Translations under genes and position numbers: made by a program
Part shown: positions 41,288 through 51,298 of the stretch, piece after piece
Layout of the letters: each line of letters begins with the position of its first letter
Numbering within the stretch: the first letter of the stretch is position 1
Source: a bacterium
GTDB taxonomy: Bacteria > UBA8248
Length of the DNA: 64,000 nucleotides
Direction: 5' to 3'
Assembly (NCBI GenBank): GCA_965261085.1
Contig: OZ253442.1
Location: 3,648,001-3,712,000, forward strand
Notes under the pieces: generated by a model
What the model was told of the DNA's origin: nothing
The model's database searches: none
Seen by the model: only the letters and a program-made list of their open reading frames with translations

Positions 41288-41490
41288 CGTCATTCCGGCG
41301 CATGCCGGAATCCAGAGCCGATGAGATGGATATATTGCGGCATTCCATCTTCTCCACATTGTCGGGAATGACGATACAAAACAAAAAACAAAGTCGCTGG
41401 ATTCCGGCATGCGCCGGAATGACGAGCAAAAACAAAAACAGGGCGGACACACAGGTCCGCCCCTACGGCAAACATCGCGCCCCTACGCGA
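41288..41490. repeat. REP cluster (GTCATTCCGGCGCATGCCGGAATCCA inverted pair plus CCCCTAC repeats)
   Basis: Inverted copies at about 41289 and 41398 with AAAACAAAAA spacers; AGGGCGGACACACAGGTCCGCCCCTACG. Confidence 0.75.
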
Positions 41491-41536
41491 ACCCCGTCAA
41501 TCGAAACGAGGCGAACTCGAGAATTACTCCCCCTTG

Positions 41537-41853
41537 GGGGTTGTTGAAAAAGCCCCCCTGACAAGGGGGGTTGGGGGTCGAACGCGACCGGGGAGGGAGC
41601 GTTCATGGCAAGGAAGGATGGGGGGGAGTCGGAGGGAATAGTACTTTACCCGTCCCGCTCGCCCTCCCTCGGCTGGAAACCAACCCCCCTGGCCCCCCTT
41701 GTCAGGGGGGTAAAGGCCATGCGCCCGACGAGGGGTTTTTTCAACAGCCCCAGGAGCGAGGATTTGTTTGCCGCCCGACGAGGGAAGTATTACGTGCCAG
41801 GGTAGCGAATGCGCCGCAGGCATTTTCCTTTGAGGGGGTTTTTCAACAACCCC
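41537..41853. mobile_element. MITE copy (41537-41751) extended to a second right end at 41853, inserted in the centre of a family A palindrome
   Basis: ACTCCCCCTTG|GGGGTTGTTGAAAAAG...TTTTTCAACAGCCCC...TTTTTCAACAACCCC|CTTGAGGGGGAGTGA. Confidence 0.75.
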
Positions 41854-41909
41854 CTTGAGGGGGAGTGATTCGCCGATATCGGCCCCGTGCATGCGGTAGA
41901 CGACACGCA

Positions 41910-42464
41910 TTAGGTCCGGGCCTTGCGAACCGTCTCGATACCGATGAACATCCTGAGCGGACGCGACGGCAGCGACTGAAACCCCATGGCCGCGTAGAAC
42001 GCGCGGCGTTTTTCCGTGATCCCGGGGCCGCCGTCCTCAATCACGTCGAGCACCACGGCCTTGAGCCCGATCTGATCCGCAGCGGCTGCCGCGCGGTTCA
42101 ATGCGTCCGCGAGAAGAATGCGTCCGAAGCCCTGGCCCTGGCGGCGGCTGTCGACTGCGATCATCGAGAGATAGACGGCCGGAATCCAGCCGGAGCGGGG
42201 AGCGTTCCTCGTCAGGTTCGCCGGGAGGTCGTCGCCTTCGAGCGAATGGGCGTTCAGCGCGTAAAACCCGAGAATTTCGGCGCGCCCGCCTTCCGTGGCC
42301 ACCCAGACCCGCGTGAAGTCTCCCGCCTGGTGTTTCCTGGCGGTGCGTTTGAGAAAGTTATCGAGCCGATCGGTCCCGCAGGAGAAAGCCGCTCGATCGT
42401 GTTTTTGCGGGTCGAGCGGCTCGATGGATATTCCTTGTGGATTTGGGGCCGCCTCAGCCGTCAC
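41910..42464 (-). CDS. GNAT acetyltransferase toxin (AtaT/TacT-like)
   Basis: HDRAAFSCG..LDNFL, IAVD...QGQGFG..LL.DAL, AFY..MGF. Confidence 0.9.
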   Translation of the reverse strand: MTAEAAPNPQGISIEPLDPQKHDRAAFSCGTDRLDNFLKRTARKHQAGDFTRVWVATEGGRAEILGFYALNAHSLEGDDLPANLTRNAPRSGWIPAVYLSMIAVDSRRQGQGFGRILLADALNRAAAAADQIGLKAVVLDVIEDGGPGITEKRRAFYAAMGFQSLPSRPLRMFIGIETVRKART

Positions 42465-42765
42465 GCGCCACCCGCGCGCCGTGCAGGGCCATCGCCTCGC
42501 GCAACGCTTCGGTCGGCTCCGCAGGCGCATCGAGGGCAGTGAGGACGAGGTCGCGATCCTCCGCCGAGAGGAGGGTACGCTCATGATCGGCAATCGTGAG
42601 CCGGGCTTGCTCCAGCGCCGCGCTAGTCACGAAAGTCGTCTCGTCGACGCCGAGCAGGGCCGCCGCCTGTTGGATCTGCGCTTTGACGTGCGGTTTGGTG
42701 CGTTGTTCCATGCGCGCCGTTTTCGGCTCGTCGATGGCGGCCGCAGGGTCACGGAAGTTCAGCAT
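42454..42765 (-). CDS. DUF1778 RHH antitoxin (AtaR/TacA-like)
   Basis: ARMEQRT...K..IQQAAALLG...TFV...A; overlaps the toxin start. Confidence 0.9.
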   Translation of the reverse strand: MLNFRDPAAAIDEPKTARMEQRTKPHVKAQIQQAAALLGVDETTFVTSAALEQARLTIADHERTLLSAEDRDLVLTALDAPAEPTEALREAMALHGARVARDG

Positions 42766-42792
42766 GGTCTCGCCTCCTTTGCCTGCCTTTAA

Positions 42793-42813
42793 TGTACGGC
42801 AATTTGCCGGACA
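42793..42813. promoter_or_regulatory. Inverted-repeat operator of the TA operon
   Basis: TGTACGGCAA-T-TTGCCGGACA about 28 bp upstream of the antitoxin ATG. Confidence 0.65.
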
Positions 42814-42917
42814 CTGCAAGTTCTCAATCGTCCCAGCGTCGGATTAGAGTCGGAGCGAGGATCGAAGACGACGAATGGAGGTTTGTGAATTTCAATCCCT
42901 CCCGCCTTGGTGAGGTG

Positions 42918-43093
42918 AATCACTCCCCCCTTGAGGGGGAGTAGCAGAAGCCGAGCGGTTTGTGCGAAGGCTGATGCGTGGGGGGTATGGTTCTAAAATA
43001 TGAGTTTCCCGACAAAATAAATTCACCCCCCACCGGTTCGCTTGAGGGCTTTCGCCCTTAGCTCACCGACTCCCCCTCAAGGGGGGAGTGGTT
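42918..43093. repeat. Complete REP-like family A element
   Basis: AATCACTCCCCCCTTGAGGGGGAGT ... ACTCCCCCTCAAGGGGGGAGTGGTT. Confidence 0.85.
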
Positions 43094-43198
43094 TTTCCTC
43101 TTTCATCAGTTGCTAATGACCCTCAAGGGGGGAGTGATATTAGAACCTCAATAGAGCGGCACGTTGATATCGCCCTGGGCAAGTGGGAAGATCGCCCA

Positions 43199-43651
43199 TC
43201 AGGTGCGCGGATGCGCGCTCTCTTCCCTGCGCACCGTGCCGCCCACGGCGATGGCCGCGCTTAAGAGAATGAGGTTCTTGATGATGTATTGCCCCTCCAG
43301 CGTGGGGGCGAAGGGAATCTGCGTGAAGCACACCTCGGGCAGCAGAAACAGCGGCAGAATCGTCCCCGGCATCTGAAGGAAAAGCAGGAACAGCGCCACG
43401 CGGATGAGCGGGCGGAAGAGCAGCCCCACCCCTATCGCCACCTCCCACCAGCCAAGTAGTGGGATGAAGAAATCAGGCGGAAGCCAATAGACCGTGCGGC
43501 GCACGAGTTCGGCCGCCGCGCTCAGACCCATGGGCTTCAGGATACCGAACCAGATGAAGACGACGGCGAGCGAAATCCTCAGGAACAGGCGGCCGTAGCG
43601 GTTCATCCAGCCCGAGATGTGGCGATCGATTTCGTCGATGTACGTGATCAA
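43199..43651 (-). CDS. DoxX-like membrane protein
   Basis: LRISLAVVFIWFGILK, EVAIGVGLL, GQYIIKNL. Confidence 0.85.
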   Translation of the reverse strand: MITYIDEIDRHISGWMNRYGRLFLRISLAVVFIWFGILKPMGLSAAAELVRRTVYWLPPDFFIPLLGWWEVAIGVGLLFRPLIRVALFLLFLQMPGTILPLFLLPEVCFTQIPFAPTLEGQYIIKNLILLSAAIAVGGTVRREESAHPRT

Positions 43652-43943
43652 GGAAATTCCGTCCCGGCGGCGGGCCTGAAAGCGCGACTACGCTTTTCAA
43701 TATAGCCGTTTATCGCGCGGGAGAAAATTCACGAAGGCCTTAAAATCATCCGGGAAACCTCTTTTCCCTCCCCTTCGCCCGACGCCTGAGCAGGGAAAAC
43801 GTAAAAGCCATAAATTCTCCAAATTGAAAAATGCGGGCCTTTGTCGCATAATTTCTTCACATTCTATTCAAGCGCAAACGCGGAAAGAGCGGGCGGCCCC
43901 GTCTCGGGAGCCGCGGCCTCATTCTCAAACCCGGGAGGTGCAT

Positions 43944-45671
43944 ATGATTATCGAACGTGATCTGCCCGTCGAGATGGACGACGGGGTGGTGCTGCGGGTC
44001 GACGTCTACAGGCCCGACACCAAGGAGAAGGTGCCCATCGTCTTGGCCGGCGGCCCCTACGGCAAGGGAGTCAAGTATCAGGAGCACTACAAGCCGCTGT
44101 GGGATTCGCTGGTGAAGATGCACCCCGATATCCTGGAGGGATCGCAGCACCGCTGGCTGACATGGGAGACGGTGGACCCCGAGATATGGGTGCCCTGGGG
44201 CTACGCCTGCGTACGCTTCGATTCGCGCGGCGCGGGTCGCTCACCCGGTTATCTCGACATCTTCTCCCCGCGCGAGACCGAGGACTTCGCCATAGCCATC
44301 GAATGGGCGGGCCAACAGGAGTGGTCGAACGGCAAGGTCGGCCTGAACGGCGTCTCCTATTACGCCATCAACCAGTGGCAGGTCGCGGCGTTACAGCCCA
44401 AACACCTGACGGCCATGATCCCCTGGGAGGGCGCCGCCGACCACTACCGCGACTGGGCGCACCACGGGGGCATTCTCTCGAACAAGTTCATGGAAATCTG
44501 GTATCCGCGCCAGGTCGAGGCGGTGCAGCACGGCAACCCCAAGGGCCCGCGCGACCACTGGATGGAGACGCGCTCGACGGGTCCGGCGACGCTTTCTAAG
44601 GAAGAACTCAAGGACAACCGCGCCGACACGCTCTCGAACTTCCTGGCGCGCGAGATGGACGACGACTGGTACCGCTCTCGCTCGCCCGACTGGTCGAAGG
44701 TGAAAGTCCCCTTCCTGAGCGCGGGAAGCTGGGCGGGCTTCGGCCTGCATCCGCGCGGGAACTTCGAGGCCTACACGCAGGCGGCGTCCGAGGAGAAATG
44801 GCTCGAAGCGCATCCGGGCAGGCACGAGGAGTGGTTCTATCTCAAATACGGGATGGATCTTCAAAAGCGCTTCTTTGACTATTATCTCAAGGGCGAGCAG
44901 AACGGCTGGGACAAAGAACCCCGCGTGTGGCTCAACCTGCGGCGTCCGTTCACCGACGAGGTGGAACTCCGCAAAGAACACGAATGGCCGCTCAAGGGCA
45001 CGAATTGGACGAAGCTCTACATCCACGCGGGCGGCAAGGGCAAGCTCGACCCGAACCCGCCGAAAGCCAAGCGCTCAAAAACCTTCCGGGCGCTGACGCG
45101 CGGCATCACCTTGCGGACGGCGCCGCTCAAGGAGGAGACCGAGATCACGGGCCCGATGGCGGCCAAGCTCTTCATCTCCTCATCAACGCGGGATGCGGAT
45201 TTGTTCCTGACCGTCCAGGCGTTCTCGCCCAGGGGCCGGGAAGTCTATTTCCAGGGCACGGTCGACCCCAAGACGCCGCTCGCACAGGGGTGGCTGCGCG
45301 CCTCGCACCGAAAGCTGGATGAGGAGCTATCAGACCCCTGGCGGCCCTACCACACGCACGACGACAAACAGCTGCTGACGCCGGAGCGGATTTACGAACT
45401 CGACATCGAAATCTGGCCCCAGTGCATCGTGCTGCCCAAAGGCTTCCAACTCTCCATCAACATCGCCGGGCAGGATTTCGACCGCCCCGGCCCTGCGGTG
45501 GAAGCCTACGTTCCCTCGCGCGGGTCGGGACCGTTCTTACACGATCATCCCGTCGATCGCTCGAAAGAAGTCTTCGGCGGGCGCACCACCCTGCACACGG
45601 GCCCGAACCACCAGTCGTACCTGCTCGTGCCGATCATCCCCAAAGGACGGCCCGGCGCAGTGGCGAAGTAA
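43944..45671 (+). CDS. CocE/NonD family serine hydrolase
   Basis: GGGAGG RBS; MDDGVVLRVDVYRP, DSRG.GRSPG, WSNGKVGL.GVSYYA, GWLRASHR. Confidence 0.92.
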   Translation: MIIERDLPVEMDDGVVLRVDVYRPDTKEKVPIVLAGGPYGKGVKYQEHYKPLWDSLVKMHPDILEGSQHRWLTWETVDPEIWVPWGYACVRFDSRGAGRSPGYLDIFSPRETEDFAIAIEWAGQQEWSNGKVGLNGVSYYAINQWQVAALQPKHLTAMIPWEGAADHYRDWAHHGGILSNKFMEIWYPRQVEAVQHGNPKGPRDHWMETRSTGPATLSKEELKDNRADTLSNFLAREMDDDWYRSRSPDWSKVKVPFLSAGSWAGFGLHPRGNFEAYTQAASEEKWLEAHPGRHEEWFYLKYGMDLQKRFFDYYLKGEQNGWDKEPRVWLNLRRPFTDEVELRKEHEWPLKGTNWTKLYIHAGGKGKLDPNPPKAKRSKTFRALTRGITLRTAPLKEETEITGPMAAKLFISSSTRDADLFLTVQAFSPRGREVYFQGTVDPKTPLAQGWLRASHRKLDEELSDPWRPYHTHDDKQLLTPERIYELDIEIWPQCIVLPKGFQLSINIAGQDFDRPGPAVEAYVPSRGSGPFLHDHPVDRSKEVFGGRTTLHTGPNHQSYLLVPIIPKGRPGAVAK

Positions 45672-45722
45672 GACTTAAGCAAGGCCCGGGTTCAGCCTGA
45701 GCCGAACAGAATGAGACTTAAA

Positions 45723-45757
45723 ACATCGGGGGTGGGGATATTTCCCACCCCCGGTGT
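45723..45757. terminator. Hairpin after the cocE-like gene (probable terminator)
   Basis: ACATCGGGGGTGGGGA..TTTCCCACCCCCGGTGT. Confidence 0.6.
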
Positions 45758-45780
45758 CGTGCATTACCCGAAAATACCGT

Positions 45781-45809
45781 TTGACAATGTCAAAATGATG
45801 GCTTATTTT
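45781..45809 (+). promoter_or_regulatory. Sigma70-type promoter
   Basis: TTGACA-N17-TATTTT. Confidence 0.7.
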
Positions 45810-45814
45810 CATCA

Positions 45815-45893
45815 TGAGACGCAATCCTGGATGTCATGACAGGGTTGCCCTTCATTCCGAGACCCACGCTCCGGCGTGGGTTTTCGTGTTTTT
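45815..45893 (+). ncRNA. Candidate DUF3800-associated structured RNA with terminator
   Basis: Stem GCAATCCTG/CAGGGTTGC (45821-45848), then GAGACCCACGC-TCCG-GCGTGGGTTTT plus a U-tract, between the promoter and the DUF3800 gene. Confidence 0.6.
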
Positions 45894-45911
45894 GCGATCT
45901 TGGGTTGCTCA

Positions 45912-46652
45912 TTGACTTACATCGCCTATCTTGACGAATTTGGACACATCGGGCCTTACATCAGCCGGAGCCATCCGAATCACAACGATAGTCCTGTGTT
46001 CGGCCTTGCCGGCTTCGTTCTTCCAACTGATGAAGTACGCAGGTTCGGGACGTGGTTTTTTCAACGCAAATGCGAATTGCTCGATTTCGAGATTAAGCAG
46101 TCTGGCAAAAATCCCGCCCGATGGGAGAAAAAGGGAGCCCGTCTTTATACGGTAACCAACGTTATTAGGTATCCTGAACTGCGAAGATTCACAAACCGCC
46201 TGTTGAACATGATCACAATACTCGGCGGTTTCGTATTCTATGTTGGAATCAAGAAAAACGCCGATCCTGAGCATCACAAGCCAAATCTGCTTTACGAACG
46301 GATTCTTGTTGAGGCAATCAAGCGGATCAATGGGTACTGTTCTGAAGATTGCAAGCTCCCAGAAAATTTTCTTATGGCTCTTGACCAACACCAGCACCGC
46401 TCGGCGTTACTTACAAGAGCGGCGCAAAGCATGTATGGAATTCAATCATATCGATGTCTGATTGAGCAGCCTTTCCATCTGGAAAGCCACCGCTATCAAA
46501 CCATACAGGCTGCCGATTGGATTGCGGGGCTGGTTGGACGAATTGGAGCGATTTGGACAGATCCAGAAGCCTATCCCGAAAACGAGGTGTTCCGAAGGTA
46601 TTTTGAACATCGCCTTCATCACGTCAGTCGACGGAGTGGAATCCGGAATTGA
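45912..46652 (+). CDS. DUF3800 domain protein (RNase H-like)
   Basis: YIAYLDEFGH N-terminus, EKKG, ES..YQTIQAADWIAG; lower GC than the flanks. Confidence 0.85.
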   Translation: MTYIAYLDEFGHIGPYISRSHPNHNDSPVFGLAGFVLPTDEVRRFGTWFFQRKCELLDFEIKQSGKNPARWEKKGARLYTVTNVIRYPELRRFTNRLLNMITILGGFVFYVGIKKNADPEHHKPNLLYERILVEAIKRINGYCSEDCKLPENFLMALDQHQHRSALLTRAAQSMYGIQSYRCLIEQPFHLESHRYQTIQAADWIAGLVGRIGAIWTDPEAYPENEVFRRYFEHRLHHVSRRSGIRN

Positions 46653-46659
46653 CTTGCAA

Positions 46660-46735
46660 TGGTGGGCGGGAGAGGGTTCGAACCTCCGACCTATGCCTTG
46701 TAAGGGCACCGCTCTGCCAGCTGAGCTACCCGCCC
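46660..46735 (-). tRNA. tRNA-Val(TAC)
   Basis: GGGCGGGTAGCTCAGCTGGCAGAGCGGTGCCCTTACAAGGCATAGGTCGGAGGTTCGAACCCTCTCCCGCCCACCA. Confidence 0.97.
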
Positions 46736-46821
46736 ATAGGGAAACGGCGCGTGGAGAATAGCATTTTGAGAGTGGGGCGGCTATCCCCGGAACCGATGAG
46801 AATCCGGTTTCATCCATCCGG

Positions 46822-47943
46822 TTAAATCTGTAGTTCCCCGTCCTTGGAAAAGAGTTTTCCGTCCACGTACACCTCACCGCCATCGCGCAAATCGCACACC
46901 ATGTCCCAGTGAAGGGCGGAGTTGTTCCTGGAACCACTCTGGGGATAGCCCTTGCCCAGGGCGAGGTGCAGGGTGCCGCCGATTTTCTCATCGAACAGCG
47001 TGTTTTTCGTGAAGCGCTGGATGCCGCCGTTCAAGCCGAAGGCGAACTCCCCCACCCTCTTGGCGCCATCGTCCATGCCGATCATGGATTTCAAGAACGC
47101 CTCGTTCTTATCCGCCGTCGCCTTCACGACCTCGCCCTTGTCGAACTCGAGCTCCACGCCGTCGACCTCGCGCCCCGAGATGCAGGCGGGAAAGGAATAG
47201 CGAATCTTTCCGTCGATTCTGTTCTCCTGCGGGCCGGTGAAAACCTCCCCGTCCGGGAAATTGTTGCGCCCCGAACAATTCATGAACGGACGCCCCGCGA
47301 TGCCCACACGCAGGTCTGTGCCGGGCGCGCCGATTTCCACCACCTTGCGTCCCTTCAAATAGCGAATCACCCGCGCCTGGCGCCTGTGCTGCTCCCGCCA
47401 GCGCTTGATGCCGCCCGCCTCATCCGCGAAACACGCGCCGAAAACAAAATTCTCATACTCCCTGATCCCCATCTCGGCATCCTGCGCGTAGGCCTCGGTG
47501 GGAAACAGAGTAAGCGTCCACCGGAGGCCCCCCTTGCCCGTTTCCTCATGCTGGGCGGCGCGCTTCATGAACGTCTCCATGATGGGCTGTCTGGTTTTAG
47601 ACACAATCGCCTGTTTCTTGGGGTCTGCGCCCGAGAGCCGCCGCGTGTTCGTTTCGGATAAAATACTGATGACGACGTCCACGTTTTCCACTTCAAATTT
47701 TCTCATGGGTGAGAGATACGCCAACTGGGCGCGTTTGGCGTGCTCGAAAAAAATCTCCTCAAGCCCCGGCAGCGACACCTCGGCATGGACGTGCGCGCCG
47801 CGCCGGACGCACTCGGCGTACACCGCGCGAATGAGGGGAGCGGCGGCCGTGCCGCCCCGGATGACCACGAGATCGTCTCGTTTTACTTTTGAGGAATACC
47901 CCGTGATGATCTCCGCCATCCGCTCCACGCGCACATCTTCCAT
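46822..47943 (-). CDS. M29 thermophilic-type aminopeptidase
   Basis: NFPDGEVFTGP, GEFAFG.N, LFDEKIGGTLHLALG..YP, SALHWDMV. Confidence 0.92.
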   Translation of the reverse strand: MEDVRVERMAEIITGYSSKVKRDDLVVIRGGTAAAPLIRAVYAECVRRGAHVHAEVSLPGLEEIFFEHAKRAQLAYLSPMRKFEVENVDVVISILSETNTRRLSGADPKKQAIVSKTRQPIMETFMKRAAQHEETGKGGLRWTLTLFPTEAYAQDAEMGIREYENFVFGACFADEAGGIKRWREQHRRQARVIRYLKGRKVVEIGAPGTDLRVGIAGRPFMNCSGRNNFPDGEVFTGPQENRIDGKIRYSFPACISGREVDGVELEFDKGEVVKATADKNEAFLKSMIGMDDGAKRVGEFAFGLNGGIQRFTKNTLFDEKIGGTLHLALGKGYPQSGSRNNSALHWDMVCDLRDGGEVYVDGKLFSKDGELQI

Positions 47944-48124
47944 CTTTATCTCCTCCCGTAATGATTTGTTCCGGTAATGCACTAGACGGCAACTCTCGAC
48001 TCACGGCCCACCCGAGCGATGCGAGAGGGGCGTGACGAATCATGCTCCTGCGTCCATGATACAACAAAACGGCGGGGAGATTCAGCAGAAAGTGGGGGGA
48101 GGTCGAGCGAGGCGAGGCATTCCT

Positions 48125-48196
48125 CGTAGGGGTCGCATACATGCGACCCGTGTTTTGACGACGAAAAATCAGGGACGCATATATGCGTCCCCTACA
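48125..48196. repeat. GTAGGG...CCCTAC REP doublet
   Basis: CGTAGGGGTCGCATACATGCGACCCG ... GGGACGCATATATGCGTCCCCTACA. Confidence 0.8.
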
Positions 48197-48277
48197 CTCA
48201 CGTCGCCGAACCCAACAGCGTGCCGGATGTTCGCGAACCGCTCCTAAACCCTCTTGCATCCGTTGGGCGGATACTCC

Positions 48278-51121
48278 TTAGTCCTCTCCCTCCAGATTCA
48301 TCTTGAGCAACTCCCCCAACGCCTCTCCTTCGGAAATGTCGGCGGGCCAGCCATAGGCGGCGGCTACAGCGGCGTCGAGTTCCGCGTGGGTGTCGGCGAG
48401 CCATTGCGGACGGGTGTTGTAGAGGTTGGTGAGGGTGCGCTTCTTGAGTTCTTTCGCGGAGGTTTCATCGAGCGGGACGGGACGCTTGGGATATCCCGGA
48501 ACAGGCTCGTCCACCCACTCCACCCATTCGGGCGGATTCAGCCAGTTGTCTCGGAGTTCCACCAGCCGCCGTGCAGCTTCGGCGATTAGGACGGCGCGTG
48601 GATCGTCCTTGTAATCGACGGCGGATACATCGGGCGAAAGGCCTTTCGGGAATGGATAGGTCTCGAAGGTGGTGGTCGGCGTATAGCGTGGGTCGTTTCC
48701 CACCCCAACCCAAGTGCAAAGTCTGAGTGACCACGCTTCATGAAACCGGCTGTGGAGAACCCCGAATGTCGTATCGTCGTCGCGAGCGATTACGATAACT
48801 TGGCAATCGGGACAAATACCAGCATCCAGCCACACGAATAGTCGATGCTTGGCGACGCGGGGCGTGGCGATGTAGCGCGATAGGCCGTTTATGGCTTGCC
48901 ACATCTCCGGGCGAGGACGCCAGTGTCGCCACCAAAAATCCATAATTCCTTTTTCGTCGCTTTTCTTTTTCACCGGTAAAACATGTTCCTGGATATAAGC
49001 AAAAGGCGCTTCATAAAGCGCTGCGTCGGCCTCGCTCATCGTATCGCCGAAATCGACGATCCACATGTCTCGTGGACGGCGCGTCAGGTCCATGCCGTTC
49101 ATCCAAGGCTTCAAAACGTCGGCGTTGGGCCGCCCGTTAGGGTTCGCGGGGAGTCGCAGCCACGACCGCGCCAAATCTCCGGGGATATCGAACGAACCAC
49201 GCTTGATGTCTCCCTGAAAAGCAACACCCTCGCTTCGTTTCAGCGGATTCGCTGAAGTGAGATCGAGACTTCCTGCGGATAAGTCCGCGTTGATTTGGGA
49301 TACATCACTCTCGTCCAGACGAACGGGAAGTTCGGCATCCTTTGAAGCGAAGCAGATCAGCGAGACGCGAACCGCTGCCCCCTCGACGACCCAAGACTCA
49401 TCCGAGTGGGCGTCGAAAATAGCCGAATCTTCCAGAATTTTATCCAGTGTTTTACGATTTGTACCGCCACGGATCGAATTCGTCGCCACCAGACCGGCGC
49501 GTTCAACTTTTCCTTCAGCGACCAAACGTCCTGCCTTGGCGAACCAGTAACAAACCAAATCGGGCTTGCCGCGAATCAATCCTCTGTATGTGCGTGGTAG
49601 TGTTTCGGCGTAATCATATCCTAATTCCTTGCGGAGTTTTCTATTTCCCAGAAACGGGGGGTTGCCGATGACGACGTCGACTTCCGGCCAGTCGGGTTCT
49701 TCGCCCTCCACCGTCAATATCGCGTCGCGGCATTCGATTGTGTCGAGTGGTTTAAGAACCGGGTCTCGATTCTCGACAAACCCGTTGCGCCGCATCCACT
49801 GAATCTCACCAATCCACACCGAGACGCGGGCGAGTTCGGCGGCGTAGGGGTTGATTTCGATTCCCTTGACGTTAGCGGGACCGACCGAGGGGAACGCCCG
49901 TTCGAGACCCATCGCCTCGGCTTCGAGCTGCGCGCGGTGCTCCACGTCCTTTAGTGCGTGAAGCGCCAGATAGAGAAAATTGCCCGAACCGCAGGCGGGG
50001 TCGAGCACTTGGAACCCTCGCAGTTTCGCAAGAAAATCGCGCAATAGCTGATTCGCCAACCCACGCCGCCTCGTGCGCACAGAAGCCGATTTGGTCTCGC
50101 CTGCCCGTTCGAGATGTTCGGCGATTTCCCTCTTTACTTTCTCCCATTCGGCGAGCAGGGGGCGAGTGATGACCGGATCGATGATGCACATGATCTTGTC
50201 GCGATCCGTGTAGTGCGCTCCGAGTTGTGAACGTTTATCCGGATTGAGGCCACGCTCGAAAAGTGTGCCCAGGATAGAAGGGTCGATTTCCGACCAGTCG
50301 AGACCCGCCGCCGCGAGCGCGGTTTCTATCTCGGCTCTTTCGAGCGGCAGGGCGGAATCGTCGTCGAACAGCCCGCCGTTGAACCACGCCACGGACTCGA
50401 AGCCGACATCCCCGCCTTCGGACATCGCCCCGAACAGGCGGCTTGCCAATTCGGCAAACACCTCGGGCCGATTTCTCGCGCCTTGTAACATCCGCGTGAA
50501 CATCTTGTTCGGCAGAAGCCCCACGTCCTCGGCGAACATGCAGAACACCAGCCTGTTGATGAAATGCGCCACCGCCTGCGGATCGCGTCCGCGTCCTCGT
50601 AGACTATGGGCCAGCAGGGCGAAGGTGGCAGCCGCGCGCTCGGTGATATCCTGCCTGCTCTCGCCGGGCCGGAGCCGTTCAGGGTCGGCCATCGCCCATT
50701 TGAGCTTGTCGCGGTTTGCGGCATCCACCAAATCTTCAAGCGCGAACTCGTGCGTCTCGCTCACGCTGTTCGTCCAGTTGGTATAGATGCGGAAGAGCGC
50801 CATGTCGGAGACGATCAAGAGCGGCGGGTTGTCGAGCGCTAGAGTGTATTGCCTGAGTTACCTGAAAGCGGCGTCCAAATTCTTGTGCTTGCCCTTGTAT
50901 TCCCAGGCGAAATGATGCCGCTTCCACACGTCGGCCCAGCCCTTGCCGCCGCCGTCCTTGCGCGCGCCGCGCTCGAAGCAGTAGTGATCGCCCTTAGGGT
51001 CGGCCTCCGCCGGAGTCGGCTCGTCCAGCAGACGGCACAGGTCGATGAAGTGCTCCTGCGCCGCCGAACTTTCTTTCAACTCCGAGACCCGCCACTTGGC
51101 GATGAACTCACCCGGCGTCAT
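48278..51121 (-). pseudogene. MmeI-like type IIL/IIG restriction-modification enzyme with a premature TAA at 50858-50860
   Basis: MTPGEFIAKW...GWADVWKR..FAWEYKG...AAFR*LRQYTLALDNPPLLIVSDM continues in frame into LGAHYT, DPACGSGNFL, GNPPF and the TRD. Confidence 0.85.
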
Positions 51122-51298
51122 GGCGCCCACAGTTGGTTGTTTTTTGTTTTTGGAATGAACACACCCATTCGCATTCCACCAACATACCGAGTCTTTCATC
51201 GCCCGGCAACCGGATTCGCTTGCTCCTCAGTCGCGTCAAAGACGCAGTCTTCCCCTCCTCGGGGAAGCCTGACCTCCTCGGGGAAGCCTGACCTCATC

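Noticed and set aside
50858-50860. Recoding (Sec/Pyl) in the MmeI-like gene
   Set aside because: The codon is TAA at a Gln-type position, not UGA/UAG at a catalytic Cys or Lys
51254-51295. 19-bp tandem duplication CCTCCTCGGGGAAGCCTGA next to a MITE
   Set aside because: Only two copies; most simply a local duplication with no evidence of function
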